NCBI GenBank assembly: GCA_032654565.1
Contig: JAULAX010000009.1
Coordinates: forward strand, 192,001 to 256,000
DNA length: 64,000 nt
Origin: Anaeromyxobacteraceae bacterium
GTDB taxonomy: Bacteria; Myxococcota; Myxococcia; Myxococcales; Anaeromyxobacteraceae
Reading direction: 5' to 3'
Positions 1 through 10,374 of the stretch are shown in pieces (position 1 is the stretch's first letter; every line of letters starts with the position of its first letter). The notes under the pieces were generated by a model. It worked only from the letters and a program-made list of their open reading frames with translations. It was not told the DNA's origin and ran no database searches. Made by a program: the position numbers and the translations under genes.

Positions 1-2
1 CC

Positions 3-1790
3 CTGGCCCTCATCAAGCACACCCTCAAGACCAACTTCTTCGTGCTGCAGAAGCAGGCCTTCTCCTTCCGGCTCGACCCGGCCTACCTGGCCGAGCTGGG
101 GCCGGCCTTCACCTCCGACCTGCCGCCGGCCACGCCGTTCCGGGTCACCTTCTTCTTCACCCGCTACGGCTTCGGCTACCACATCGGCTTCTCCGACATC
201 GCCCGCGGCGGCTGGCGCACCGTGGTCTGCCGCACCGACGACGACTTCCTCACCAACGCCGCCACCCTCTTCCGCGAGAACTTCGTGCTGGCCCACACCC
301 AGCACTTCAAGAACAAGGACATCTACGAGGGCGGCTCCAAGCTGGTGATGCTCATGGACGCCTCCGCCCTGGAGGACGCCGAGCGGGACCAGGAGACCAT
401 CCGGCTCCACAAGCTGCAGCGGGGGGTCATCAACGCCTTCCTCGACATCTTCGTCACCGCCGGAGGGGTGGCGCGCGACCCCGCGGTGGTCGACTACTAC
501 CGGGAGGACGAGCCCATCGAGCTGGGCCCCGACGAGAACATGCACGACGGGATGATCGAGGAGATCGCCGCCCTCTCCAAGCAGCGCGGCTACCTGCTCG
601 GCATCGGGGTGATGTCCTCCAAGGAGGTGGGCATCAACCACAAGGAGTACGCGGTCACCTCCACCGGGGTGGTCACCTTCGCCGAGATCGCCATGAAGGA
701 GCTGGGCGTCGACGTCCGCCGCCGGCCGGTCAGCGTCAAGGTCACCGGCGGCCCCAACGGCGACGTGGCCGGCAACGCCATGGCCATCATCCTCAAGCGC
801 TGGCCCAAGGCCCAGCTGCGGCTCATCCTCGACGGCACCGCGGCGCTGGTCGATCCCGAGGGGGCCGACCGGACCGAGCTGTCGCGGATCCTCCTCAAGG
901 CGGACCTCGACGCCTTCGACCCCCGGGCCCTCCACCGCGGCGGGTTCATGCTCTTCCGCTCCGGCACCCGCAAGGACGGGCTGCGCCAGCTGCACCGCAA
1001 GGTCACCCGCACCGCCCGCGGCCTCCAGGAGGAGTGGATCTCCATCGACGACTTCTCCCGCGCCTTCGGCTCGCTCCCCTTCACCGTGGAGGCCGACCTG
1101 TTCATCCCCGGGGGCGGCCGGCCCGAGACCATCGACGGCCGCAACTGGGCGCAGTACCTGCTGGCCGACGGCCGGCCCTCGTCGCGGGCCATCGTCGAGG
1201 GGGCCAACTCCTACATCACCCCCGAGGCCCGGGTGCAGCTGCAGAAGAAGGGGGTGCTGCTGCTGCGCGACGCCTCGGCCAACAAGTGCGGGGTGATCTC
1301 CTCCTCCTACGAGATCATCGCCAACCTGATGCTCACCGAGGAGGAGTTCCTCGAGCACAAGCAGCGGTACGTCAAGGACGTGCTGGCCATCCTGGTGCGC
1401 CGCGCCGCCGACGAGGCCAACCTGATCATGGCGCGCCGCCGCCAGCAGGGGCTGCCGGGGACCGAGATCTCCGACCACATCAGCGGCGAGATCAACGCCA
1501 ACTACGCCCGGCTCTTCAGCTTCTTCCAGGCCCGCCCCGGGCTGGCCGCCGAGCCGCTCTTCCGCGCCGCCCTCCTCTCCCACCTCCCCGCCCTGCTCCG
1601 CGAGGACCGCCGCTTCCGCAAGCGGGTGGACCGTTTGCTCCCCAAGTACCGCTCCGCCATCCTGGCCGCCGAGATCGGCTCCTCGATGGTCTACCGCGGC
1701 AACCCCGACGCCGAATTCGAGGATATGCTCCGCCTTCACATGGAGCGGAACTTCAGCCCCACGCCGGCTCGCCCGGCGCGGCCCCGTTGA
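3..1790 (+). CDS. Large NAD-specific glutamate dehydrogenase, C-terminal part (5' truncated by window)
   Basis: Frame is open from the window edge (LALIKHTLKTNFF...). Motifs ARGGWR, EGGSK, GPDE, GGPNGDVAGN, VEGAN and ANKCGVISSSYE are typical of large NAD-GDH. Confidence 0.9.
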   Translation: MALIKHTLKTNFFVLQKQAFSFRLDPAYLAELGPAFTSDLPPATPFRVTFFFTRYGFGYHIGFSDIARGGWRTVVCRTDDDFLTNAATLFRENFVLAHTQHFKNKDIYEGGSKLVMLMDASALEDAERDQETIRLHKLQRGVINAFLDIFVTAGGVARDPAVVDYYREDEPIELGPDENMHDGMIEEIAALSKQRGYLLGIGVMSSKEVGINHKEYAVTSTGVVTFAEIAMKELGVDVRRRPVSVKVTGGPNGDVAGNAMAIILKRWPKAQLRLILDGTAALVDPEGADRTELSRILLKADLDAFDPRALHRGGFMLFRSGTRKDGLRQLHRKVTRTARGLQEEWISIDDFSRAFGSLPFTVEADLFIPGGGRPETIDGRNWAQYLLADGRPSSRAIVEGANSYITPEARVQLQKKGVLLLRDASANKCGVISSSYEIIANLMLTEEEFLEHKQRYVKDVLAILVRRAADEANLIMARRRQQGLPGTEISDHISGEINANYARLFSFFQARPGLAAEPLFRAALLSHLPALLREDRRFRKRVDRLLPKYRSAILAAEIGSSMVYRGNPDAEFEDMLRLHMERNFSPTPARPARPR

Positions 1791-1842
1791 CCTTCCGCGG
1801 ACGCACCGACACCGCCGGCCTGCCCGGCGAAGGAGCACTCGC

Positions 1843-3009
1843 ATGATCGCCGCCCTCATCCTCGCCACCCTGGCCGCGGCCCCCGGCCGCCCCCCGCAGG
1901 CTGGCGTCGAGCCCGCCCACGCCCCGGCCGAGGCGGCGCTGCTGCGCACCGCCTACCCCGACTACGACGAGGCGTCGGGCCGGCTCGGCCACGGCGAGGG
2001 GGTCCTGGTGGGGCGCAGCTCGGCCTGCCAGGAGACCGGCCTCTGCTTCCTGGCGGTGGCGGCCAGCGACGGCCGTGCCGGCGCCGAGGGCGGCGGCCAC
2101 GCCTGGAGCACCTTCTTCGCCTTCCGGCCGGTCGCGGGGGGCTGGGTCGAGGAGGGGACCGCCGCCGGCCCGGTCATCAGCGCCGTGGGGCGCTGGCTCA
2201 TCGGCGTCTCGGTGCTCATCGACGGGGACGGCCCGTTCGTCGCGGTCTCCGCCGCCACCGGCGGCGGCGAGGACGGCGAGGGGACCGCCACCCACCTCTG
2301 GGCCTGGGCGGGAAGGAAGTTCCTGCCGGTGCTCACCGCCGCCACCACCAGGCAGGGGAAGCTGGAGTCGGAGGCCAGCTTCACGCTGTGCGTCGACCGG
2401 CCCGAGGACCGGCCCAGCTGGGAGCTGCGCTCCAAGGAGCGCGAGGGGCGCGGTAAGTGGACCGAGACCCGGACCCGCGTGCTCTGGAACGGCCAGGCCT
2501 GGGTGGAGCGGCCGGCCGACAAGGCGTGCCTCGAGCGGACCGGCGCCGCAGCGGTGGCCTCGGCCACGGCGGCCTCGACGCTGAAGGTCACGTCGGCCTC
2601 GGCCTCGAAGACGGCGGTCGCCCCCAAGGGCCAGCCGAGCGCCACCGCCCCGTCCAACGCCATCGATGGCAACAAGCAGACCGCCTGGGTGGCGGGGGGC
2701 AAGGGCGGCGGGGTCGGGGAGTGGCTGCAGGTCGACCTGGCCGCCCCATCGGTGCTCGGCTCGGTGCAGCTGATCGCCACCTGCCCCGGCGCCGACTGGA
2801 GGGCCAGCCCCCGGGTGAAGAAGCTGCGGCTCCGCTTCGAGGACGGCCCGGCCCAGGAGGAGACCCTGGCCGACGTGCAGTCCTCCCAGTCGATCATCGT
2901 CAAGCGCAAGACGCCCGCCAGGTGGCTCCGCGTCGAGCTGGTCGAGCTCTACCGCGGCGCCAAGAAGCAGGACGCCTGCCTCACCGAGGTCACGCCCCAG
3001 GCCCGCTGA
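1843..3009 (+). CDS. Secreted protein with C-terminal discoidin/F5-8-type (glycan-binding-like) domain
   Basis: AGGAG RBS; signal peptide; Ala/Ser/Thr linker; C-terminal AIDGNKQTAW...GVGEWLQVDL...WLRVELVE...CLTEV pattern. Confidence 0.7.
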   Translation: MIAALILATLAAAPGRPPQAGVEPAHAPAEAALLRTAYPDYDEASGRLGHGEGVLVGRSSACQETGLCFLAVAASDGRAGAEGGGHAWSTFFAFRPVAGGWVEEGTAAGPVISAVGRWLIGVSVLIDGDGPFVAVSAATGGGEDGEGTATHLWAWAGRKFLPVLTAATTRQGKLESEASFTLCVDRPEDRPSWELRSKEREGRGKWTETRTRVLWNGQAWVERPADKACLERTGAAAVASATAASTLKVTSASASKTAVAPKGQPSATAPSNAIDGNKQTAWVAGGKGGGVGEWLQVDLAAPSVLGSVQLIATCPGADWRASPRVKKLRLRFEDGPAQEETLADVQSSQSIIVKRKTPARWLRVELVELYRGAKKQDACLTEVTPQAR

Positions 3010-3036
3010 ACCGAGGTCACGCCCCAGGCCCGCTGA
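2983..3036 (+). repeat. Perfect 27-bp tandem duplication including the stop codon
   Basis: ACCGAGGTCACGCCCCAGGCCCGCTGA at 2983-3009 and again at 3010-3036. Confidence 0.95.
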
Positions 3037-3062
3037 CCGGGCCGGGGCGGGACCCCGCCCGA

Positions 3063-4274
3063 CTACAGCCTGAAGCTGGCGCCGACGCTGACCAGGTTGG
3101 CCGAGGTCTTGTACGTGCCAGGCAGGGCGTCGGTCCCGGAGGCGGTGACGGCGTCGAACTGGGCTCGCTGGTAGGCGGCGTCGAGGCGCAGGCGAGCGCT
3201 CACCTGGTATCCCACCCCCACCGACCCGTTCCAGCTGCTGGCGTCGGAGAGCGACGGCGACAGCGTGTCGCTGGGCTGCTCGGAGACCGACCGGAAGACG
3301 CCGGCCCGCAGCGAGAACCCCTTGAGCGCCGGGTCCCCGGCGTACTCGACGCCCAGCCGGTAGTCGTAGGCGTCCTTGTAGTTGCGCGGCACGGTGACGC
3401 TGAACCCCTTGTCGCCCACGAAGGCGTCGGACTTGTAGGCGTTCCAGGCCTCGAGGGTGAAGCCCACCATCACCTCCAGGTGCGGGGTGGCCTGCCAGGA
3501 GACGCCGAGGTTGAGCTCGGCCGGCACCACCACCTTGGTGGTGGCGTTCTGGTCCTGGAGCTGGGTCTGGAACGGGGGCGGCACGCCGGCGAAGTGGGCC
3601 TTCCCCTTCAGGGTCAGGTCGCCCTGGCTGCGGTAGTCGGCGCCGAGCTTGACCGGGGTGCCGGGAAGGGCCGCCTCGAGCGAGACGACGTAGCCGGCGG
3701 CGCCACCGGCGGCGCCCACCTCGGCCTGGGCCACCGTCCCGGCGAAGCCCATCGACTGGGTCAGCTTCTCGGTGGCGTAGTAGTAGGAGGCGCCGGCGCC
3801 GAGCTTGAGCCAGGGGAGCGGCTGGACGGCCCCACCGACCCGGCCCATCACCACCTGCTGGGAGACGGTGCCGACGTGGAACTGCCCCTGCCAGCCGTCC
3901 GGCCAGAAGAGCGCGCCGCCGCCGAGGGCGGTGAAGCCGACACCGACCCCCCAGGCCATGCCGTTGCCGAAGGTGTTGCCGTAGCTGGCGGCCACCAGCG
4001 GCGGGAAGGACGGGTGCCTGGCGGTGGAGGCCGAGCCCATGGTCGGCTCGGACCAGCTGGTCTTGTTGTCGATCACCTGGAGGGAGCCGGCGAAGCCCCA
4101 CCCCTGCGGCCCGGCCAGGGCGGCCAGGTTCATGGTGACGGCCTCGGGGCCGGTCAGGCTGGCCACGCCGGCCTGGGCGATCCCCAGGGCGCGGGCGTCC
4201 GGGTTGGGCGTGGCCCACCCGCCGGCCAGGGCCAGGGCCGGCCAGAGCAGCGAGACGGCGAGGAGCTTGCGCAT
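3063..4274 (-). CDS. FadL/OmpP1/TodX-family outer-membrane channel for hydrophobic substrates
   Basis: Signal peptide MRKLLAVSLLWPALALA; ARALGIAQAGVA...AVTMNLAAL plug motif; amphipathic beta strands; C-terminal beta-barrel signature. GAGG RBS precedes ATG 4274. Confidence 0.85.
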   Translation of the reverse strand: MRKLLAVSLLWPALALAGGWATPNPDARALGIAQAGVASLTGPEAVTMNLAALAGPQGWGFAGSLQVIDNKTSWSEPTMGSASTARHPSFPPLVAASYGNTFGNGMAWGVGVGFTALGGGALFWPDGWQGQFHVGTVSQQVVMGRVGGAVQPLPWLKLGAGASYYYATEKLTQSMGFAGTVAQAEVGAAGGAAGYVVSLEAALPGTPVKLGADYRSQGDLTLKGKAHFAGVPPPFQTQLQDQNATTKVVVPAELNLGVSWQATPHLEVMVGFTLEAWNAYKSDAFVGDKGFSVTVPRNYKDAYDYRLGVEYAGDPALKGFSLRAGVFRSVSEQPSDTLSPSLSDASSWNGSVGVGYQVSARLRLDAAYQRAQFDAVTASGTDALPGTYKTSANLVSVGASFRL

Positions 4275-4285
4275 GGTGGCGGGCC

Positions 4286-7200
4286 TCACGGGATGACCAC
4301 GAGAGAAGCGGGGAGGAAGGTGGGGGAGAGCACGAAGTCGGCGGCGTCTTGCTGGGCCCTGAGCGTGGCCCCCGGGCTGAAGGTCCAGTCGGTGAAGAAG
4401 GCGTGCTCGACGGCGTGGGGGCTGCTGGCGCCGGGGACGCCGCAGGCCTGGATGGCGCCGCTGATGGTGGAGGGATTGCCGGCCGCCATGGTGTAGAGCT
4501 GGAAGGTGCCCGGGGCCCCGAAGGTCGGCGCCACCGGCAGCGGCGAGGTGCCGACGTTGTTGGCCCAGACGTAGCTCCAGGTGTTGGGGACGGTCTGGTC
4601 GCAGAGGGCCACCTGCGTCAGGATCCGCTTCGGCGCCTGGGCCACCGAGCCGTCGATGGCGCCTCCCAGGGGCGGGAGCAGGTTGGGCAGGGTGTCGGCG
4701 GTGAGGTGGCCGGCGTAGTTGATGGGGTCGGCCGGGTCGATGATCAGCTTGGCCACCGCCAGGAACTGCAGGTAGGCGGAGCTGCCATGGGCAATCCCCA
4801 TGCCGGCCAGCAGCGCGTTGATGTCGCTGGCGAAGGCCGGCGAGGTGGTGAAGATGTCCACCAGCGTGCCGCCGCCGACGTTGAGCGCCGCCCGGGTGAT
4901 GCGCGGGTTGGCGGCCACGTCGACCGTCCCCTGGATGGCCCCCATCGACTGGCCCGAGTAGGAGATGGCGGCCGGGTCGATGACCAGCCCGCTGGCCACC
5001 ATGTGATCGAAGACGGAGTGGCCTGTGGGCGGGGCCCCGCTGGGCGCGAAGGCGATGGCCCGGATCAGCTGCGACTGGTCGATGATGTCCTGCCGCAGCG
5101 TGTCGCGGGTGCGGAAGAAGTTGGAGGTGACGATGAAGTTGGCCGAGACCAGCGGGATGCCGTCGGCGCCGGCGTAGCCGCAGCCGACCGGATCGACGGC
5201 GCAGGAGAGGCTAACCGGCATCTTGGTGAAGCCGGCGGCGCAGGTGCCGGGCGGCCGGGCGTCACCCTGGGCGCCGGCCGGGAGCGGGGAGACGCACTCG
5301 GCGCCGTCGTTGCAGACGTTGTAGGTGGCCCCGCCGGCGGTGACCGTGGCCACCCCCTTGGTGCAGAAGGAGCGGTCGCCGCTCTTGGCCGCGTCGATGG
5401 CCACCGTCACCATGCCCTTGGCGGCGTAGGTGTCGGCCACCGTCAGCATGTGGGCGCGGCCGCCGCCCAGCCCGTGGCGGAAGACCATCATGGGGGCGCA
5501 CTTCCCGAAGGGCCGAGCCAGCCCACCGGTGCAGGCCGGCACCGCCGGGTTGCTGGCGAAGGGGACGGTGATCAGCACCTTGATGGTCTCGTCGGCCGGG
5601 GCGCCGGCGTGGAAGGCGCCGGTGGCCGGATCGAGCAGGTTGAAGGTGGTGATGGTGGTCTCGATGACCTCGGCGATGTTGGTGTGCGGGACCACGGCGA
5701 CGTCGACGCCGTACTTGGCGAAGGCCGTCAATGCGTTGGTGGCCGAGGTCACCGCCCCGGGCAGGCCGGTGGCCGCCGGCATGGTGTACGGCAGGGCCCC
5801 GAGCTGGGCCGCCTGCTTCTTGAAGGACTGGGTCTTGAACGTGTAGGCCATGGCGATGTCGGCCTTGGTCACCGCCGGCGAGGCGGCGGCCAGCGCCGCC
5901 CGCACCGGCACCAGCCGCTGGCGCATCACCTCCAGCGCGCCGGCGGTCGGGTCGTCGATGCCGAGCAGCTGCGAGGCGCCGGTGGCGTTCACCAGCGGGT
6001 TGTCGAAGAGCAGGACGCTCCCCACCGTGCCGCGGCCGAGCGCCTTGCCGGCCTTGTCCTTGACCCCGGTGGTGATCACCACCGCGTAGTTGGTGTCGTC
6101 CTTGAGCGGACGGGTGCGGAACGGCGAGGTGGCGTCGGAAGCCGTGGCGCCCACCGGCTGCGAGGCCACCACCGGAGACAGGCCGGACGAGGTGAACTCG
6201 ACGGGCTCGATCAGGTAGGTGGCCGGGTTGACCAGCGCCGGGGCGGCCGGGTTGGTCAGGTCGTAGAGCTTGTAGCTGGCGCTGGTGACGGTGGCGGCCT
6301 GGATGAGATCGTTGGTGGGCGCCAGAAGGGGGGCGGTGGTGGAGAAGCCGTCGAGCGCGGCGAAGTACCCGGAGGCGGCGGAGGAGCAGGTGCCGACGGC
6401 GGCGTCGAAGGTCCCCTGGGCCAGCGTGCAGGCGGCCAGCGGCGTCAGCTTGCCGCAGGCGGCGCAGGTGGCAGAGGCCGGGCGCGGATCGCGCAGCAGG
6501 TCCACCGGGAGCGGCACCAGGCCGCGCCCCGGATCGAGATCGACCTGGGTCTGCGCCGGGGCGATGGTGAAGCCGACCAGCGAGGCCAGCTCCTGGTGCG
6601 GGAAGCGCTGGTCACAGGCGGCGAAGGCCGGCGCGAAGGCGGTGCTCATCATGTTGAGCTGCTGGGCCAGCGCCAGGGCGGCGGCGTGGGAGCCGGCCTG
6701 GGCCTGGAGCAGCCCGAGGTTGGCGGGGGCGGTCATGTCCTTGCCCTGCGCCACCAGGTAGAAGACCGAGGAGGGCCAGATGGCGTCGGCCTCCACCGTC
6801 TTGACGCCGGACGGCCCGCCGCGGACCAGCACGGCGTAGGTGCCGGGGGCCCAGGGCTGGCGCCCCTTGTGGTGGAGGGTGAGGGTGGTGACCGTGCCCT
6901 GGCCGCCGGCCGCCGGGCCGACCGAGACGTCGCCGGGGCCGATGGGATCGAGCGGGATCTCGCCCATCACGCCGCCCGAGGTGACCCCGAAGACGAAGAA
7001 GGTGTTGGGGTTGAACGAGGTGCGGTCGAGGATGGGCGCCACCCGGGTGGTGGAGCCGTCGGCGTTGATCCGGTCGCGGGCGAAGGAGATGGTCACCGCC
7101 ACCTCCTGGTCGTTGGGGAAGCCGCCCTGGGTCTTGAAGAGGGTGAGCAGCTCCTTCTGCGCGGCCGGGAGGTTCAGCGAGGCCGGGTCGAGCAGCACCA

Positions 7201-7360
7201 GGTCGCTGGGCAGCGGGATGTCACCGGCGGCCGGGTCGAAGATGGCCGTGACCACCGAGGCCGGCGAGGGATCCTGGGGGATGGAGGGCGTGCAGCTCGC
7301 GACGGCGAGGAGCAGCGCGCTGGCGGCGGCGCGGCGGATGGTCATGGTGCTGGTCCTCAT
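4286..7360 (-). CDS. Large lipoprotein alpha/beta-hydrolase (extracellular lipase-like) with Ig-like and Cys-rich inserts
   Basis: Start MRTSTMTIRR overlaps the upstream stop (ATGA). Lipobox LLLAVASC; LDGFST motif; FRHGLGG; GQSMG nucleophile elbow; CDQTVP and VEHAFF as candidate Asp/His. The track ORF extension to 9010 is spurious. Confidence 0.8.
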   Translation of the reverse strand: MRTSTMTIRRAAASALLLAVASCTPSIPQDPSPASVVTAIFDPAAGDIPLPSDLVLLDPASLNLPAAQKELLTLFKTQGGFPNDQEVAVTISFARDRINADGSTTRVAPILDRTSFNPNTFFVFGVTSGGVMGEIPLDPIGPGDVSVGPAAGGQGTVTTLTLHHKGRQPWAPGTYAVLVRGGPSGVKTVEADAIWPSSVFYLVAQGKDMTAPANLGLLQAQAGSHAAALALAQQLNMMSTAFAPAFAACDQRFPHQELASLVGFTIAPAQTQVDLDPGRGLVPLPVDLLRDPRPASATCAACGKLTPLAACTLAQGTFDAAVGTCSSAASGYFAALDGFSTTAPLLAPTNDLIQAATVTSASYKLYDLTNPAAPALVNPATYLIEPVEFTSSGLSPVVASQPVGATASDATSPFRTRPLKDDTNYAVVITTGVKDKAGKALGRGTVGSVLLFDNPLVNATGASQLLGIDDPTAGALEVMRQRLVPVRAALAAASPAVTKADIAMAYTFKTQSFKKQAAQLGALPYTMPAATGLPGAVTSATNALTAFAKYGVDVAVVPHTNIAEVIETTITTFNLLDPATGAFHAGAPADETIKVLITVPFASNPAVPACTGGLARPFGKCAPMMVFRHGLGGGRAHMLTVADTYAAKGMVTVAIDAAKSGDRSFCTKGVATVTAGGATYNVCNDGAECVSPLPAGAQGDARPPGTCAAGFTKMPVSLSCAVDPVGCGYAGADGIPLVSANFIVTSNFFRTRDTLRQDIIDQSQLIRAIAFAPSGAPPTGHSVFDHMVASGLVIDPAAISYSGQSMGAIQGTVDVAANPRITRAALNVGGGTLVDIFTTSPAFASDINALLAGMGIAHGSSAYLQFLAVAKLIIDPADPINYAGHLTADTLPNLLPPLGGAIDGSVAQAPKRILTQVALCDQTVPNTWSYVWANNVGTSPLPVAPTFGAPGTFQLYTMAAGNPSTISGAIQACGVPGASSPHAVEHAFFTDWTFSPGATLRAQQDAADFVLSPTFLPASLVVIP

Positions 7361-10300
7361 GGCGTGAACCCCTGGGTGGCGACCGTGGCGTTCAGGATCT
7401 GGTCGCCGTGGGCGTAGGTGAAGTAGACGTTGCGGGCCCAGTCGGCCAGCAGGTCGGGACCGACGGTGACCCCGTACGGCCGGGCCACCTCCGGGCCGGG
7501 CAGCTGCATCCGCACCACCGGCGCGGCCGGGTCCATCACCGAGACGTGGCGGACGTTGGCGCTGGAGCCGAAGGCGAAGCTGGTGCCACCGCCGCTCAGC
7601 GACGGGTTGGCGACGTCGACCGTGAAGGCGCCGCCGGGCCTGGCGAACGGCCCCGGCTCGTAGCCGAGCGTGACCATGGGGAACTGGCTGACCGGCTGGA
7701 AGGTGTGGACGCGCCCCCAGACCCAGGCGCCGACGGTGGGCAGGCCGTGCCGGGCGAAGAGGCCGGCGTAAGCGGTGGAGAGCGCCAGCTTGACCTGCTC
7801 CTCGCAGCTGGTGTCGCCGACCAGGGCGCCGCTGGCGTCGACGTTCTGGCAGAAGCTCTGGTCGGCCGCGGCCGGGCTCCCGGGCGGGTTGTCGAGCATG
7901 TGGAGCATCCCCTTGACCGCCGCCTGGGCGTCGATCCCCAGCCCGGCCACCGCCAGGTCGTCGGCGAAGACGGTGGTGAGCAGCTCGCGGACGAAGACGT
8001 GGAAGAGGTAGCAGCCGGCCGAGTTGCCCACCGCCGCGGCGCTGGTGTCGACCGGGCTCAGCTTCGGGTCGATGCCGGTCAGGCCGCTGGGGCAGTCGAA
8101 GCCGCCGGTCTTCCAGGCGGCCAGCACCGACCGGGCCTGCTCGTACGGGTTGGCGGGGTCGTCGGGCGGCATGGAGACGATGTAGCGCTCGAAGGCCGCC
8201 CCCAGCCGGGAGGCGTGGTCGGTCTGGATCGACTCCATGTCGGCCTGCGAGACCTTGCCATTGCCGGCGGTCAGCGCCTGCAGCCGCTCGCTGATGCGGG
8301 CGTGGCGGAAGCCGGTGCCGTCGCTCCAGGTGTAGCTCAGGTAGTTGCCGTTCCCGTCGACGGGCACGCCGAACGGCGCGGTGACGGTGGTCCCCACCGG
8401 GTCGGCGTTGGCGGTGGCGAAGAAGCCCTCCACCGGGTCCTTCCCCTGCGGCAGGTCGGCGTCGGCGATCCAGCAGGTGGCTGGGGGCTGGGTGGTGCCG
8501 GCGGCGGCGCAGTCGGTGTTCCCGGTCGGACCCCACTCGGCCGAGCCGTTGCCGGGCAGCGGGAACCAGGGGAGGAGCGGCTGGGTCCCGGGCATGGTCC
8601 CGGCCCAGGGGCGCTTCGGCACCAGGGCGTGGGGCGAGTAGCCGATGTGGCCGGCGTCGTCGGCCATCACGAAGTTCTGGGCCCCGGTGGACCAGTTGGC
8701 GACGGCGGCCATGGCGGCATCGACGTTGGCCGCGGTGTCGAGGCCGAGGAAGGCGGAGAGGTCCTGGGTGGCCTCCTCGTGGCCGGTCCAGCGGACCGAG
8801 AAGCCCACCCCGGCGGCGTCGGGGGCCTGGATGATGGGGCCGTGGTGCGGGACCACCAGGGCCGCCGCGGGCGGCGTGGCGCTGGCGGGCAGCCCCAGGG
8901 CGTTGGCGTTGACCAGGCCGGCCGGGGTGCGGACCATGAAGGTGAGCGGGACCGGGATCAGGTTGACCGGCGCCCCCTTGAACATGACGCAGTAGGGGAA
9001 GCCACCGCACATGGCCGGGGGCAGGAACTGCTCCTGGTAGACGTCGGTGACGTCGTAGCCGACCACGGTGACGCCCCAGCCGACGTGCTTGCCGCGGCCG
9101 ACCTGCGCGCCCGGCGTGCCGGGGAAGGCGCCGCCGGTGACGTCGAGGTTGTCGGCGGCGTTCGACGAGGTGAGCGCGGCGAGGTGGAAGTTGGACGGGT
9201 ACTGGAGCGAGAGGTGCGGGTCGTTGGCCACCATGGCCTTGCCGGTCACCGAGTGGGCGGCGTCGACCACCCAGTTGTTGGAGCCGGTGGAGCCGTCGTG
9301 CGGCTGCAGCGCGGCGCGCAGCCCCTTGAGCGAGGCGGCCAGGGCGTCGAGCGGGCCGGCCACCGCCGCCAGGTTGGGGCCCTGGGGCGCCAGGGCCGCG
9401 CCGGCCACCCGCAGCGCGTTGATGCCGATGGGCGGCGCCGCCGGGGTGAGGGTGTGCGAGGTCTCGCTCTTCACCTGGGCGGTCCGGACCCAGACCGACA
9501 GCTTGCCGAGATCGGTGCCGTAGCGGGCGGCGAAGCGGCCGAAGTCGATCTCCTCGTCGAGCGTCGAGGAGAGCGAGTACTGCTGGATGCGCATGAAGGA
9601 CATGACGTCGGAGACGGTCCAGGCCGGGATGTCGGCGCCGGTGAGCGGGTACGGCAGCTGGGCGTACTCACCGCCGATGGGCCCGCCGGCGGCGCGGAGC
9701 TCGGCCAGCCGGGCGTTGATGCCGGAGATGTAGGCCTCGACGACCAGCTTCGACGGGGCCTCCATGTGGGCGGCCAGGGCGTCGCCCAGCCGCTGGCCGG
9801 AGCGGGTGGTGAAGAGGGTGCGGAGCTGGACGTCCTGGGAGAGCCCGAGGACGCCGACCATCTCGGCCAGCCGGCCGGTGGCGACGCGGCGCAGGAAGTC
9901 CATCTGGAAGAGCCGGTCGCGGGCGTGCAGGTAGCCCTGCACGGCGAAGCAGTCGGCCGCCTGGGTGCAGCGGATGTGCGGCACCTCCTGGGCGTCGTAG
10001 CGGACCTCGACGGCGCCGGCCAGGCCGGCGATCTTGATGTTGGCGGCGACGGGCGGCGGCTGCAGCGCCAGGTGGGCGACGGCGGAGAGCCCGCCCGATG
10101 AGGCAGTGAGCGTGGCGGTGGCGTTGGCCGCAGGGGCTGCCGGCGGGCGGTAGGTGACCCGCTCGCCGGTGGTGGCGGAGAGGCTGCCCGGACCGACCAG
10201 GGTCCAGGTGACAGTTCCGCCGGTGGCGACGGCGACGGCGTGGAACGTGGCCGGCCCCAGCACGTTGACGGTTCCGCTGGGTGTGAGGGTCAGTGAGGGG

Positions 10301-10374
10301 GGCGCCTTGGTGCTCTCGTTGCACCCGACCGCCAGCAAACCAACCAGGCAAGCACCTACCAGCCCGACACGCAT
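7357..10374 (-). CDS. Lipoprotein penicillin acylase / AHL-acylase family Ntn hydrolase
   Basis: GGAG RBS; lipobox LLAVGC; VPHI, QGYLHARDRLFQMD, GSNNW (beta-chain N-terminal Ser), ANDPHL, TANAD. Confidence 0.9.
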   Translation of the reverse strand: MRVGLVGACLVGLLAVGCNESTKAPPSLTLTPSGTVNVLGPATFHAVAVATGGTVTWTLVGPGSLSATTGERVTYRPPAAPAANATATLTASSGGLSAVAHLALQPPPVAANIKIAGLAGAVEVRYDAQEVPHIRCTQAADCFAVQGYLHARDRLFQMDFLRRVATGRLAEMVGVLGLSQDVQLRTLFTTRSGQRLGDALAAHMEAPSKLVVEAYISGINARLAELRAAGGPIGGEYAQLPYPLTGADIPAWTVSDVMSFMRIQQYSLSSTLDEEIDFGRFAARYGTDLGKLSVWVRTAQVKSETSHTLTPAAPPIGINALRVAGAALAPQGPNLAAVAGPLDALAASLKGLRAALQPHDGSTGSNNWVVDAAHSVTGKAMVANDPHLSLQYPSNFHLAALTSSNAADNLDVTGGAFPGTPGAQVGRGKHVGWGVTVVGYDVTDVYQEQFLPPAMCGGFPYCVMFKGAPVNLIPVPLTFMVRTPAGLVNANALGLPASATPPAAALVVPHHGPIIQAPDAAGVGFSVRWTGHEEATQDLSAFLGLDTAANVDAAMAAVANWSTGAQNFVMADDAGHIGYSPHALVPKRPWAGTMPGTQPLLPWFPLPGNGSAEWGPTGNTDCAAAGTTQPPATCWIADADLPQGKDPVEGFFATANADPVGTTVTAPFGVPVDGNGNYLSYTWSDGTGFRHARISERLQALTAGNGKVSQADMESIQTDHASRLGAAFERYIVSMPPDDPANPYEQARSVLAAWKTGGFDCPSGLTGIDPKLSPVDTSAAAVGNSAGCYLFHVFVRELLTTVFADDLAVAGLGIDAQAAVKGMLHMLDNPPGSPAAADQSFCQNVDASGALVGDTSCEEQVKLALSTAYAGLFARHGLPTVGAWVWGRVHTFQPVSQFPMVTLGYEPGPFARPGGAFTVDVANPSLSGGGTSFAFGSSANVRHVSVMDPAAPVVRMQLPGPEVARPYGVTVGPDLLADWARNVYFTYAHGDQILNATVATQGFTP

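Noticed and set aside
7361..9010. N-terminal extension making the lipase a 1574-aa protein
   Set aside because: It overlaps the acylase in another frame; the lipoprotein signal starts at 7360 with an ATGA overlap.
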